NCBI GenBank assembly: GCA_040755995.1
Contig: JBFMAF010000027.1
Coordinates: 17,392-81,391, forward strand
Direction: 5' to 3'
Length of the DNA stretch: 64,000 bases
DNA from: Acidobacteriota bacterium
GTDB lineage: Bacteria; Acidobacteriota; CAIWXX01
The notes beneath the pieces were generated by a model. That model was not told where the DNA came from, ran no database searches, and saw only the letters and a list, made by a program, of their open reading frames with translations. A program made the translations under genes and the position numbers. This document shows, one piece after another, positions 9,068-17,704 of this stretch. Every line of letters starts with the position of its first letter. Within the stretch, counting starts at the first letter, position 1.

Positions 9068-10828
9068 GTGGCGCACCAGCCGAGTCGCGACTGTAGGTGG
9101 GGAGTCGTCAGTCCCGTGGTGAATCGCAAACCCGTTGCCGGGAGCACGAATCGCATAACCCACGTCCAGCGCAACGTTTCCATATTGTGGGTTGTCATGC
9201 TGTCAATTGGAGCGTACTACCCTGGTCTCCGCGGTGGGTTTGTCTGGGATGATTGGACTCTGATTGTCGAAAACGATTCTGTCAGATCGTGGAGCACGCT
9301 GAGAGAGAACCTCACCTCAGACTTCTTCTACTTCGGCCAGTCGCCTTTGCTGAGCCAGAAGCGGGGTTACTATCGCCCCCTGATAACGCTTTCCTACATG
9401 GCGGACTACGCTCTGTGGAAGCTCGACCCACGCGGCTTTCATTTCACGAACATGGTGCTACACGCCGCGGCCTCGGCCTCGCTCCTCCTGGTGCTGATCC
9501 GACTGCTTTCTGGACAACCGTGGATCGCGGTTCTGGCTGCTGCGCTCTTCAGCGTACATCCGATCCACACCGAATCGGTCAGCTGGATCTCCGGGCGAAC
9601 CGACGTCATGGCGGGCCTGTTCTTCTTCGCTGCGCTCTACTCCTACCTCCGCGCGCACCCACCGGACCGATGCGGCGCTCAGAAAGCGCCCGGATTATGG
9701 ACCGGCTGCGCCGTGCTCTCTTTCGTAATGGCAGTCCTTAGCAAGGAGACCGCGATCGTGCTGCCCGCCGTCCTCGCGACATACGAGTACTGTCTGGGCC
9801 CATTCGATCTTGAGAGGGGATGGCGAGCCTCATTGAGAAGGCTGAGCCCGTACGCTATTGTGGGCATCGCCTATCTGATCGTGCGCTTCATCGTGCTCGG
9901 TGTGAGGGCGCCAACTAACGAGTGGGTGGCGGCCCAAGGCACATGGGCGATCTCCGTGACTTCGCTCAAAGCCATCGGAATCTACGCATCAAAGCTGGCT
10001 GTTCCGTGGCCGCTGTGCGCCTACTATCAGGCGCCGATAACGCGTGACCTGCTTCAAGTCGGTGTCTTGATCCCCTTGGTCGTCCTTGTGGGCCTGGGTA
10101 TCTTCTTCTGGCAGCGCGGAAGAGGGCGCGGATTGCTTCCCCTTTCGTTCCTATACTTTCTCCTGACGCTGCTTCCAGTCTCGAACATTGTTCCGATTGG
10201 CGCCCCCAAGGACATGGGCTTCCTGATCGCAGAGCGGTTTCTGTACGTTCCCTCGGCAGCGTTCTGCGTTCTCGCTGCATGGGCGCTGAGCCGGGCGGCC
10301 GGCGTTCTGCCACGAGGGCCCTGGGCGCCGCATCTGGCGGGCGCTGCTTTTGCAGTCCCTGTGCTGGCCGCCTATCTCGTGCTCACGATTGCTAGAAGTT
10401 CGGTGTGGCACGATGAGATTACATTCTACACGGAGACGTTGCGGCACGCCCCCGATGCCGGTCTGCTCCACTATGTCCTCGGAATTGCCTACTGGGAGGC
10501 CGGCGAAAAGGTGCGTGGCAAGGCCGAGATGGAGGAGGCATTGCGGTGCAATCCGGCGGCATCGTGGGCTCACAACAACTTGGGAAACATGTTGTTCGAA
10601 GATGGGAACGTTGCCGGGGCGGTTCAGCAATGGGGGGCCGCAGTGCGAACCGATCCGTCGAACTGCCAGGCGTGGTTCAACCTGGCCAGAGCGCTGGACC
10701 GGTGGGGACTATCTTCACAGGCCGCCGTTGCATACCGATCTTTTCTCAAGAGCGCCCCGACCTCGCTGGGCGTCTACATCGCGATGGCAAAGTCCCGCCT
10801 GAGAGCGCTCGGCCAGGACACTCGCTGA
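9068..10828 (+). CDS. TMTC-like membrane glycosyltransferase with C-terminal TPRs
   Basis: GFVWDD, YYRPL, HPIHTESVSWISGRTD, LSKE, AERFLY, then TPRs (AHNNLGN, AWFNLA); exact start uncertain. Confidence 0.8.
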   Translation: MAHQPSRDCRWGVVSPVVNRKPVAGSTNRITHVQRNVSILWVVMLSIGAYYPGLRGGFVWDDWTLIVENDSVRSWSTLRENLTSDFFYFGQSPLLSQKRGYYRPLITLSYMADYALWKLDPRGFHFTNMVLHAAASASLLLVLIRLLSGQPWIAVLAAALFSVHPIHTESVSWISGRTDVMAGLFFFAALYSYLRAHPPDRCGAQKAPGLWTGCAVLSFVMAVLSKETAIVLPAVLATYEYCLGPFDLERGWRASLRRLSPYAIVGIAYLIVRFIVLGVRAPTNEWVAAQGTWAISVTSLKAIGIYASKLAVPWPLCAYYQAPITRDLLQVGVLIPLVVLVGLGIFFWQRGRGRGLLPLSFLYFLLTLLPVSNIVPIGAPKDMGFLIAERFLYVPSAAFCVLAAWALSRAAGVLPRGPWAPHLAGAAFAVPVLAAYLVLTIARSSVWHDEITFYTETLRHAPDAGLLHYVLGIAYWEAGEKVRGKAEMEEALRCNPAASWAHNNLGNMLFEDGNVAGAVQQWGAAVRTDPSNCQAWFNLARALDRWGLSSQAAVAYRSFLKSAPTSLGVYIAMAKSRLRALGQDTR

Positions 10829-10987
10829 TGGCAACGCCAACATACTGGCCCCGGCTGCGCGCCGATGGTGCGTGAAAAGACCCACGTCTGGGACCAGGCG
10901 ACGCTCGCTGCATTCCCATGGAGTGCGGCTGCGGGCATTATCAACTAGATACGGCTGCGAAGTCGACGCGAATCGGTGACTGGACCG

Positions 10988-11003
10988 TGGCATCCGATTT
11001 GCA
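10988..11003 (+). promoter_or_regulatory. sigma54 -24/-12 promoter
   Basis: TGGCAT-CCGAT-TTGCA directly upstream of RBS GGGGAGGT. Confidence 0.8.
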
Positions 11004-11029
11004 TAGATGAGGGTGTAGGGGAGGTATAG

Positions 11030-11704
11030 CTGGTCCGTCGAATCGCCTTCTTTCTCGCGGCTCTCTTGGTCGCCGTCGCGCAAGGCCCGTCCACCAGGGC
11101 GGACAGCGTCGTGGGATCCAAGCATGATCTGAGCACCGCCTGGACACCCGAGCCCTGTGCATTCTGCCATACTCCGCACTTCGCCAATACGAGCATCGAC
11201 GCCCCGCTGTGGAACCGGACCATCGGGAGCGTCACGTTCACGCCGTACCAGAGCCCCACGATGGACACGGTGTGCCCGAGCGTGCCCAATGGGCGGTCGC
11301 TCGCATGTCTAGGTTGCCACGACGGAGTCCTTGCCAATAACGACAAGCATGATCTGGTGAATGCCCCCGGGCCCGGCGGCATGCCCGACACGTCATCGTG
11401 GCCCAATTGTTACAGCTGCCACCCGGACATCTACGGCGATCCGGCGATCACCTGGATCGGCACCGATCTACGAGATGATCATCCCATCTCGATGACATAT
11501 CCGACCCCCGCTCAGGATCCGTTCTTCAATACTCCGCCTGATCCGATCATGGGATGGGGAGGCGCCGGCGCAGGGGACGTAAAGCTGTACGATGGCAAGA
11601 TCGAGTGCGCATCGTGCCACAATGTGCACGATCCCGCCTATGTGCCATTTCTGCGCAAGCCCAATAGCAACAGCGCGCTCTGCCTGACCTGCCACATCAA
11701 GTAG
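11030..11704 (+). CDS. OmcE-like cytochrome c, pentaheme variant (probable CTG start)
   Basis: SKHDLS, CAFCHTPH, PLWN, CLGCHDG, extra CYSCH, IGTDLRDDHP, ECASCHNVH, PFLR, LCLTCHIK. The ORF track starts at 11066; an in-frame CTG at 11030 follows GGAGG and restores a full signal peptide. Confidence 0.85.
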   Translation: MVRRIAFFLAALLVAVAQGPSTRADSVVGSKHDLSTAWTPEPCAFCHTPHFANTSIDAPLWNRTIGSVTFTPYQSPTMDTVCPSVPNGRSLACLGCHDGVLANNDKHDLVNAPGPGGMPDTSSWPNCYSCHPDIYGDPAITWIGTDLRDDHPISMTYPTPAQDPFFNTPPDPIMGWGGAGAGDVKLYDGKIECASCHNVHDPAYVPFLRKPNSNSALCLTCHIK

Positions 11705-11759
11705 CTACCTCGGCACGCTCGGGTGAAGGCCCCACAGTCTCGAATCGAGTGCCGAGGCA

Positions 11760-13583
11760 TCAGCGCTCGGCAGTGGTGCGGATGCCGCCTCGGGCTGCTC
11801 CGTAGCTCTTGGGGTCGTGGTCCTGGTCGTGGCAGGTCAGGTAGCACCTCCCCGTCCTGTCGCCAATGTCTTCGAACCGCAAGATGCCAGTCCGGCTGGG
11901 AGTCACGAATCGGAGGTCGAAGTTGATGAGGTTGCTGTTGTTGGTCGGATTGCCCTGTGCCGAACTGATGCCGTGCGGATCGTGGCAGATCGAACACGGA
12001 GTGCGCTCATCCACGATGTGCATCCGATGTTCGGCGAAGGACGTATCGGCAAGTACGCTTGTCCGGCTGTGGCAGCGGTAGCACAGGGCGTACACTGTGC
12101 TTGATTCCACCTGGTACTCGCCGTCCATCTCGTATCGGCTCTGGAGCAGGTGCTTGTAGATGGACCCGTGAGGGCCGCGAGGTCCCGTGCCCCCCGCGCC
12201 ACGGCTGTTGTCGTTGTCGTGACAGTCGCTACAGTACATGATGCTGTCGGTAGTCCAGGGAGGCACGAGACTCGGGACTGTCCTGTTCGCGCCGCGAGCT
12301 TCGACCGGATGGTACGCAGGGTTGGAGGGATCGAACAAGAGCCGCATGTTGAACTGCGGCTGCTGCCGCGCAGGATACGGGGGCCATGGAGACCCCCCCG
12401 GTTGAGGCTTGTTGGCCGAGTCCCCGTGGCACTTGAAGCAGATCTCGTACTCATTGACAGAGGGTGGCAGGCCGGCCGGCGGCACCAGAGTGCCGCTGTG
12501 ATTGATGCCCCAGACGCCCGCGAGAGCGCCTGAGCCCTTCGGAGCCGATGACGAGTAGTCGTAGGCGGCGTGTGGATTGTGACAGTCTGGGCACTCCGCA
12601 TGCCTTGGCGCCGTTGCGGAGAGCTCGGGCATTCGGTAAATGGGATTCATGGGCGACTCGGATTCGTCATGAGACGAAGGGGTCAGCCGGTAGGTCGGGT
12701 GAGTGTACGCCTTGTTGAACTCCGTCGCGATATCATAGTCGGCCACGTTGCTGCCGCCGTGGCACTGCAGCCCTGCGCTCGTTCCGCACGTCGCCTCCTC
12801 CTGCCCCTTCAGCACCCGTTGACCCGTGGTGGCCGAGTGCGGCTTGTGGCAACTCTCGCATCCGTTCGTATCGACCGCTGTGTAGCCGGTATGAGCCCCC
12901 TGCAGAGCCGAGTAGAGTTTGGGACTGTTCTGATGACTGCTCGGATTCTGAGCCCAATACTCCTTCTGATGACAGGTCACGCAGAGCGCAGAAAACCGGT
13001 TCTCCTTGACGAGGAATTTCTTCATCGTCGTGTCGTTGTCCTGCTCATGCGGATCGTGGCAGCTCCGGCACTGGAGGTTTCCGTTCGCATCCAATTTCAC
13101 CTTGTCGCCCGCGGGTGGATCGACAGTCTCTCCACCCGTCACCGGGATGAAGGAAAACGGATGATCGTTGCTGACGTCCGTGCCAAGAACCGACGCACCA
13201 GTGAGGCGTCCCTGTGGATCGGTGCCGCTGAGAGTGATGCTGCCGTTGTTGACGGTGCTCCCCAGCGCCACCGTGCCGTCGTGACAGCTCAGGCAGAGCT
13301 TCGAGGACCCATTCGGCTGCCCGACCACGGCCTTCATCGTCGTACTCCCGTAAGCGCTGTACGTCACACCTGATGACATCGCGTGGTTCCAGAGAGGAAC
13401 AACGGGGTTGGCCGTATGTGGCGTGTGGCAGAAGATGCAGATCTCATCTTCGGCGATCGCACGCACCGGTCCGGGGCCGGCGATTGAGAGGTTATGCTTG
13501 TTGGCAGGATCCGAGACCCCTACGCCCCAGAGAACCAGGCTTCCTGGCAGGAGGAGGAGTGGCACGAGGAGCATCCGCCTCAT
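11760..13583 (-). CDS. large multiheme cytochrome c with N-terminal OmcE-like domain (10 CXXCH + CX3CH + possible CX7CH)
   Basis: NKHNLS, CIFCHTPH, PLWN, CLSCHDG, LGTDVSNDHP, CRSCHDPH, FL, LCVTCH, followed by ~390 aa with further heme motifs; signal peptide. Confidence 0.85.
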   Translation of the reverse strand: MRRMLLVPLLLLPGSLVLWGVGVSDPANKHNLSIAGPGPVRAIAEDEICIFCHTPHTANPVVPLWNHAMSSGVTYSAYGSTTMKAVVGQPNGSSKLCLSCHDGTVALGSTVNNGSITLSGTDPQGRLTGASVLGTDVSNDHPFSFIPVTGGETVDPPAGDKVKLDANGNLQCRSCHDPHEQDNDTTMKKFLVKENRFSALCVTCHQKEYWAQNPSSHQNSPKLYSALQGAHTGYTAVDTNGCESCHKPHSATTGQRVLKGQEEATCGTSAGLQCHGGSNVADYDIATEFNKAYTHPTYRLTPSSHDESESPMNPIYRMPELSATAPRHAECPDCHNPHAAYDYSSSAPKGSGALAGVWGINHSGTLVPPAGLPPSVNEYEICFKCHGDSANKPQPGGSPWPPYPARQQPQFNMRLLFDPSNPAYHPVEARGANRTVPSLVPPWTTDSIMYCSDCHDNDNSRGAGGTGPRGPHGSIYKHLLQSRYEMDGEYQVESSTVYALCYRCHSRTSVLADTSFAEHRMHIVDERTPCSICHDPHGISSAQGNPTNNSNLINFDLRFVTPSRTGILRFEDIGDRTGRCYLTCHDQDHDPKSYGAARGGIRTTAER

Positions 13584-14578
13584 CGGCTCTCCTTCAGGTA
13601 CTCATATACCTGAATCCTTCTGTTGGCCGAGTCGGCGACGCAGATCCGGTCGTCTTGAATCGCGATTCCGGTTGGCAGCCAGAGATCCCCCTCTCCTGAA
13701 CCAGAACCGCCGAAGAAGAGCAGGAGCCTCCCCGATTCATCGAAAATCTGTACGACGTCGTGCAGCCCCTCGACAACGTAGATGTTCCCGTCGCTATCGA
13801 CGGCGATTCCCTTGGGGCGGTTGAAGTCGCCTGAACTGTCGCCCAGCTTTCCGAACGACGATATGTACCGGTTCTGCGCGTCGAAGATCTGCACGCGGAA
13901 ATTCATGCTGTCGCAAACGTAGAGCCGCCCGCCCGGTCCCGTCGCGATATTGGTCGGGAAGTTGAATTCGCCCGGCCCTTTGCCGTGGGCACCGAACTGC
14001 CCTACTATCTTCCCGTCCCTGGTGACCGACACGATCTTGTTGGCCAATGTGTCTACCACGCGAAGCTGATCTCCCACCACGGCGAGACCCGTGGGTCGCC
14101 GGAAGCCGGCCTCGGCCCCTATTGTCCACAGTTCCCGGCCTTTGGGGTTGAGACATACGAGCCGCCTCCGGGCCGAATCGGTGACGTACAACCGGTCGCT
14201 TCCAGCTGCCACACCGATGAGCGAATCACCATCGATGCGCATGTTGGAGTAAGCGTTCTTCGGGAGGTCGTAGACGTGCAGGCATCGTCCGAACGTGTCG
14301 GCGACAAAGAGCCGGCCGCCCGGTCCCAGACAGACGCCGTAAGGCTGAGTCATCACGTACTGCTTCTTTTCACCTGATATCAGTCCCCACAGCTTGCTCA
14401 GAAAGGAAGGCTTGCCTCCCGCTTCGGCCGGTGTGATAGAGCGGACGAACCGAATGCGCGGGTGTTCGGGTGGTTCGGGCCAGACCGTCTCCGCGGCGAC
14501 GCTTCGTGCGAGGATGAGCGCCATTAGTACGGGCAGCCGGCGGCAGCCGGCCATCCTCTTGCGGCTCATGGCGCTCAT
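13580..14578 (-). CDS. NHL-repeat (6-bladed beta-propeller) protein
   Basis: VWPEPPEHPRI leader; repeats FNFPTNIA, FNRPKGIAVD, LWLPTGIA; 4-bp overlaps with both neighbours. Confidence 0.9.
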   Translation of the reverse strand: MSAMSRKRMAGCRRLPVLMALILARSVAAETVWPEPPEHPRIRFVRSITPAEAGGKPSFLSKLWGLISGEKKQYVMTQPYGVCLGPGGRLFVADTFGRCLHVYDLPKNAYSNMRIDGDSLIGVAAGSDRLYVTDSARRRLVCLNPKGRELWTIGAEAGFRRPTGLAVVGDQLRVVDTLANKIVSVTRDGKIVGQFGAHGKGPGEFNFPTNIATGPGGRLYVCDSMNFRVQIFDAQNRYISSFGKLGDSSGDFNRPKGIAVDSDGNIYVVEGLHDVVQIFDESGRLLLFFGGSGSGEGDLWLPTGIAIQDDRICVADSANRRIQVYEYLKESR

Positions 14579-16626
14579 ATGAGGAATCCGAACCTGCGAG
14601 TAACCCGAAAGAGTATCTGATTGCCGACGAAGCCTGTGCTGGTCTGTTTCTCTGTGACGATCTGGTCCAGAGTCGAGTAGCGATGTTCGACGCCGAATGT
14701 GAAGAGTCGCAACTGGTAGTCCAGCTTGGTGTAGATCCGGAACCCCTGCTGGTCCAGATACCCTGGCAGTGCGATCGCTTCGCGCCGCGCGGAAACCGAC
14801 GTCCGAAGACCGCCGAAGAAGATCCCCGCGAATTCGAGGCCGAGGTACCGGTTGCGATCGATCCCCGCGTCCGTCCGGTTTCGGAAGGCGCCGGCGGAGA
14901 CGGCCAGCGTGCAGAGCCGGCCAACGTTGACCTGAACGTCGGCGTTCAAAGCACGGGCCTCGTAGTCAGTCAGAGTGTCGCCCTGGCCGCGCGTCGTCTC
15001 CGACCGCTCCCAGCTCACCTGAAGGGTCGTCTTCCAGAACGTCTGGCTTCGCGCCGAAGCTCTGACTCGCTCGAGATCGTAGTTGCCTAGACTGAGCAGC
15101 TCATCGGTCGCTTTGCCGCGTTCGTAGCTCGCGTTCACATTCATGATCTTGAGCGCGCCTGTGGACATGTTGGCTCTTCCGTTCCACGATGTGCTCACCC
15201 CATCCCTGCCGCTGACGTCGCGGTTCCAACCTCTTCCTACATCATACCCCACAACCGCCTGGATAGAACGGAGTGGCAGGTTGTAGGTAACACCGGCTCC
15301 AACGGTGCGCATGTCCACGCTGGAGTCCCCCGTGTCGGTCTTCTGGTTGCGGCGGCCATACCCGGCGCGGGCATTGAGACCCAAACCACGGACCGGGAAG
15401 TAGGTGTTCGTTGTCGACACGAACACCGCCCCAGTATCAGCCGTTGCCGACCTTCCCAGTTCCAGGCTCGTCGCGACACTCGTCTGCAACTTCTCGGCCG
15501 TCTGATAGGACAGGTTGGCTGTCGCGTAGTAGAGCCTGTACCCGCCTGGAGTTTCTGGCTGGAGCCCCCCGTCACCGGTCTCAGTCATATGCGGCGGGAT
15601 GTCAAAGAGCGAGTAGGTATCGAGGTATCCGGCCTTGACCTGGCCCCTCGTTCTCGGATTGAGCGTTGCGAGCAGCTCATAGCTGAGGTCATTGTACCTC
15701 GTCCTGAACGCAGTGCTGAGCTCATTGTCATAGGCCTGCCTGTGGAATCTGAATGTGCTCCGCGTCCGCTTCGTCTCTTGTGTGGCTGTAAGATCGAGAT
15801 TTGTACCCCGTTGAAGGACCTTGTCGGAACCAGCTTCCTCCGTATCCGAGTCCCTGCGATAGGCCAGGTGTATCATGGGCAACTTCTCCTCGTCCAAGTG
15901 CCAGTTGACGCCGTAGGATGACAGCCGGATCTTCACGTCGGGGTACGTGGCCCCGGGCGGGAGCGGGATTCCGCCTCGAATGGGGCTGGACGTTGGGTAG
16001 TTGCCCGTCTCGGTCCCGAACGTGCGCCGCGCGAAAATCGAAAGGGGAAAAGGCCGAGAAGGGAAGAAGTTACCGTTGAGTTTGAATCCAACATCGGATG
16101 CGCCGCTGTCATCGCCGGCAAGCGACAGGCCTGTCTTCCTGAAAATAACGCCCGCGGTGTACTGGAGGAAGCGGGGATCCCAGGCGACCGATCCGTAGTT
16201 CAAGTCGTAGCTCTGGACGAAGGATCGATTCACAGATCGGGTCCCATCAGTGTCGAAGACCGAGTGCCCGAAGCTCCAATCGGCACTGCCATTCAGGTAC
16301 TGAGCATCGAGCCGGCGGGGCCAGCCCACGAGAGCGATGACGACGGCAACCAAGAGCCAGGCGTGCAACCACTCAAGAGCACGGCACAGTCGCGTGACCG
16401 CGGCCGGAGGAGGAGCGCAGACGCGAGCTACAGTCAGCCCACCGCCCGGCACACGTGAGGCATCCTCCGGCAACGAATCCGAGCGAGAACGCTTGAGGCT
16501 GAGAAGAGGTTGCCATCGGGAGCGGTGCGTCATTGGCCCCGAATTCCCACGGTTTTCACTCCCGACCTTCGACCGTGGACTCTCGACGCGAGGCTGCGCC
16601 GCGCCCGCACCAACCGCGGCCTGCAT
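14575..16626 (-). CDS. probable outer-membrane beta-barrel protein
   Basis: Signal-like segment WLLVAVVIALVGWPRRLDA followed by ~575 aa of alternating aromatic/hydrophobic beta-strands rich in G/S/T/Y, ending ILFRVTRRF; true start is likely downstream of 16626. Confidence 0.7.
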   Translation of the reverse strand: MQAAVGAGAAQPRVESPRSKVGSENRGNSGPMTHRSRWQPLLSLKRSRSDSLPEDASRVPGGGLTVARVCAPPPAAVTRLCRALEWLHAWLLVAVVIALVGWPRRLDAQYLNGSADWSFGHSVFDTDGTRSVNRSFVQSYDLNYGSVAWDPRFLQYTAGVIFRKTGLSLAGDDSGASDVGFKLNGNFFPSRPFPLSIFARRTFGTETGNYPTSSPIRGGIPLPPGATYPDVKIRLSSYGVNWHLDEEKLPMIHLAYRRDSDTEEAGSDKVLQRGTNLDLTATQETKRTRSTFRFHRQAYDNELSTAFRTRYNDLSYELLATLNPRTRGQVKAGYLDTYSLFDIPPHMTETGDGGLQPETPGGYRLYYATANLSYQTAEKLQTSVATSLELGRSATADTGAVFVSTTNTYFPVRGLGLNARAGYGRRNQKTDTGDSSVDMRTVGAGVTYNLPLRSIQAVVGYDVGRGWNRDVSGRDGVSTSWNGRANMSTGALKIMNVNASYERGKATDELLSLGNYDLERVRASARSQTFWKTTLQVSWERSETTRGQGDTLTDYEARALNADVQVNVGRLCTLAVSAGAFRNRTDAGIDRNRYLGLEFAGIFFGGLRTSVSARREAIALPGYLDQQGFRIYTKLDYQLRLFTFGVEHRYSTLDQIVTEKQTSTGFVGNQILFRVTRRFGFLI

Positions 16627-16649
16627 CGAGGGACTGAGGTGCAGCCTCG

Positions 16650-17633
16650 CTAGTGACTCTTCGCGAGGGCCGGGACAGCGGGGCTCTCCTTGACATCATA
16701 GACTTCGATGCGCGCGGCGGAGCGCAGTCGCCGAGTCCACGCGTCGTTCATCTCCGAGCAGCGCTTCGACGTGAGATCGGTCTTGAGCTTCTCCTTGACT
16801 TCGTCGAAGGTCTTCTGCTGGGCCGGGCGGATCTCGGCCAGCCGGAACAAGTGGAAGCCATAGATGCTCTCGACTACATCGCTCAGGTCCCCGGGCCTCA
16901 TTTGGGCAAACACCTTTTCGAACTCCTCCGCCATGCTCCCGCGATGAATGAACCCCATATCACCGCCCTTGTCCTTGCTGGGATCGGTCGAGTACTTCCG
17001 CGCGAGATCCTCGAAGGAGACCCCGGAACGGATCTGCTTCAGCAGATCCGCTGCTTTCGTGCGAGCCTTCTCCCAGTCAGCCCTCGGCGCTGCAGGAGCT
17101 ACTGAGATCGTGATGGCGAAGAGATGCAGCTGCTCTGGGGTGACAAATCGTTGAGGATTCGACTTGTAGAACTGGGCCGTCTCTTCATCGGTCACAGCGC
17201 ACTTGAGACCCACCGCAATGTCGTAGGCCCTCTTCACCAAGAGGACCCGCTCGATGTTACGCCGGAGATCATCAAGCTTCGCCCCGGATTCCTTCATGGC
17301 TTTTTCGAATGCCTGCTTGCTGCCGTAGTGGGCAACGAGCCGGTCGATCCCGCGACTGACCTCCTCTTTCGGCACCTTCAGGCGCTGCCTTACCGCATCC
17401 TGATACTGCAGCTCCTCGTCGATCACGTTCTGGAGCGCCTTGCTCCGGATCTCAGCGAGCTTCTCCACACTCACGTTGCGGTGAAAAGAGGCGATCGGCA
17501 TCAACGCGTTCATGGCCGAAGTAAGCCTGTCCAGGGCGATGGGCGCACCGTTCACACGTGCGACCACGACGGGAGGTGTCGCCTCTCCCGAGGACGGCAG
17601 CGCCGTCAACAACAAGAGAGCAATGAAACGCAC
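16650..17633 (-). CDS. SurA/PrsA-like parvulin peptidyl-prolyl isomerase
   Basis: VVARVNGAPI, FEDLARKYSTDPSKDKGGDMGF, VVESIYGFHL; start reassigned to GTG 17633 (signal peptide VRFIALLLLTALPSSGEA). Confidence 0.9.
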   Translation of the reverse strand: MRFIALLLLTALPSSGEATPPVVVARVNGAPIALDRLTSAMNALMPIASFHRNVSVEKLAEIRSKALQNVIDEELQYQDAVRQRLKVPKEEVSRGIDRLVAHYGSKQAFEKAMKESGAKLDDLRRNIERVLLVKRAYDIAVGLKCAVTDEETAQFYKSNPQRFVTPEQLHLFAITISVAPAAPRADWEKARTKAADLLKQIRSGVSFEDLARKYSTDPSKDKGGDMGFIHRGSMAEEFEKVFAQMRPGDLSDVVESIYGFHLFRLAEIRPAQQKTFDEVKEKLKTDLTSKRCSEMNDAWTRRLRSAARIEVYDVKESPAVPALAKSH

Positions 17634-17659
17634 AGCACTAATATGCCACAAAACAGACA

Positions 17660-17684
17660 GGGAGTGAACTGTCAGTTCACTCCC
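17660..17684 (-). terminator. strong hairpin after the omcE-like gene (terminator/attenuator or mRNA stabiliser)
   Basis: 12-bp perfect inverted repeat GGGAGTGAACTG-N-CAGTTCACTCCC followed on the minus strand by TGTCTGTTTT. Confidence 0.65.
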
Positions 17685-17704
17685 CTCCTGGACCCCGATC
17701 AGAA

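Noticed and set aside
17634..17648. TGGCAT...TGC upstream of the PPIase as a seventh sigma54 box
   Set aside because: GG-to-GC spacing is one base short of the strict -24/-12 requirement
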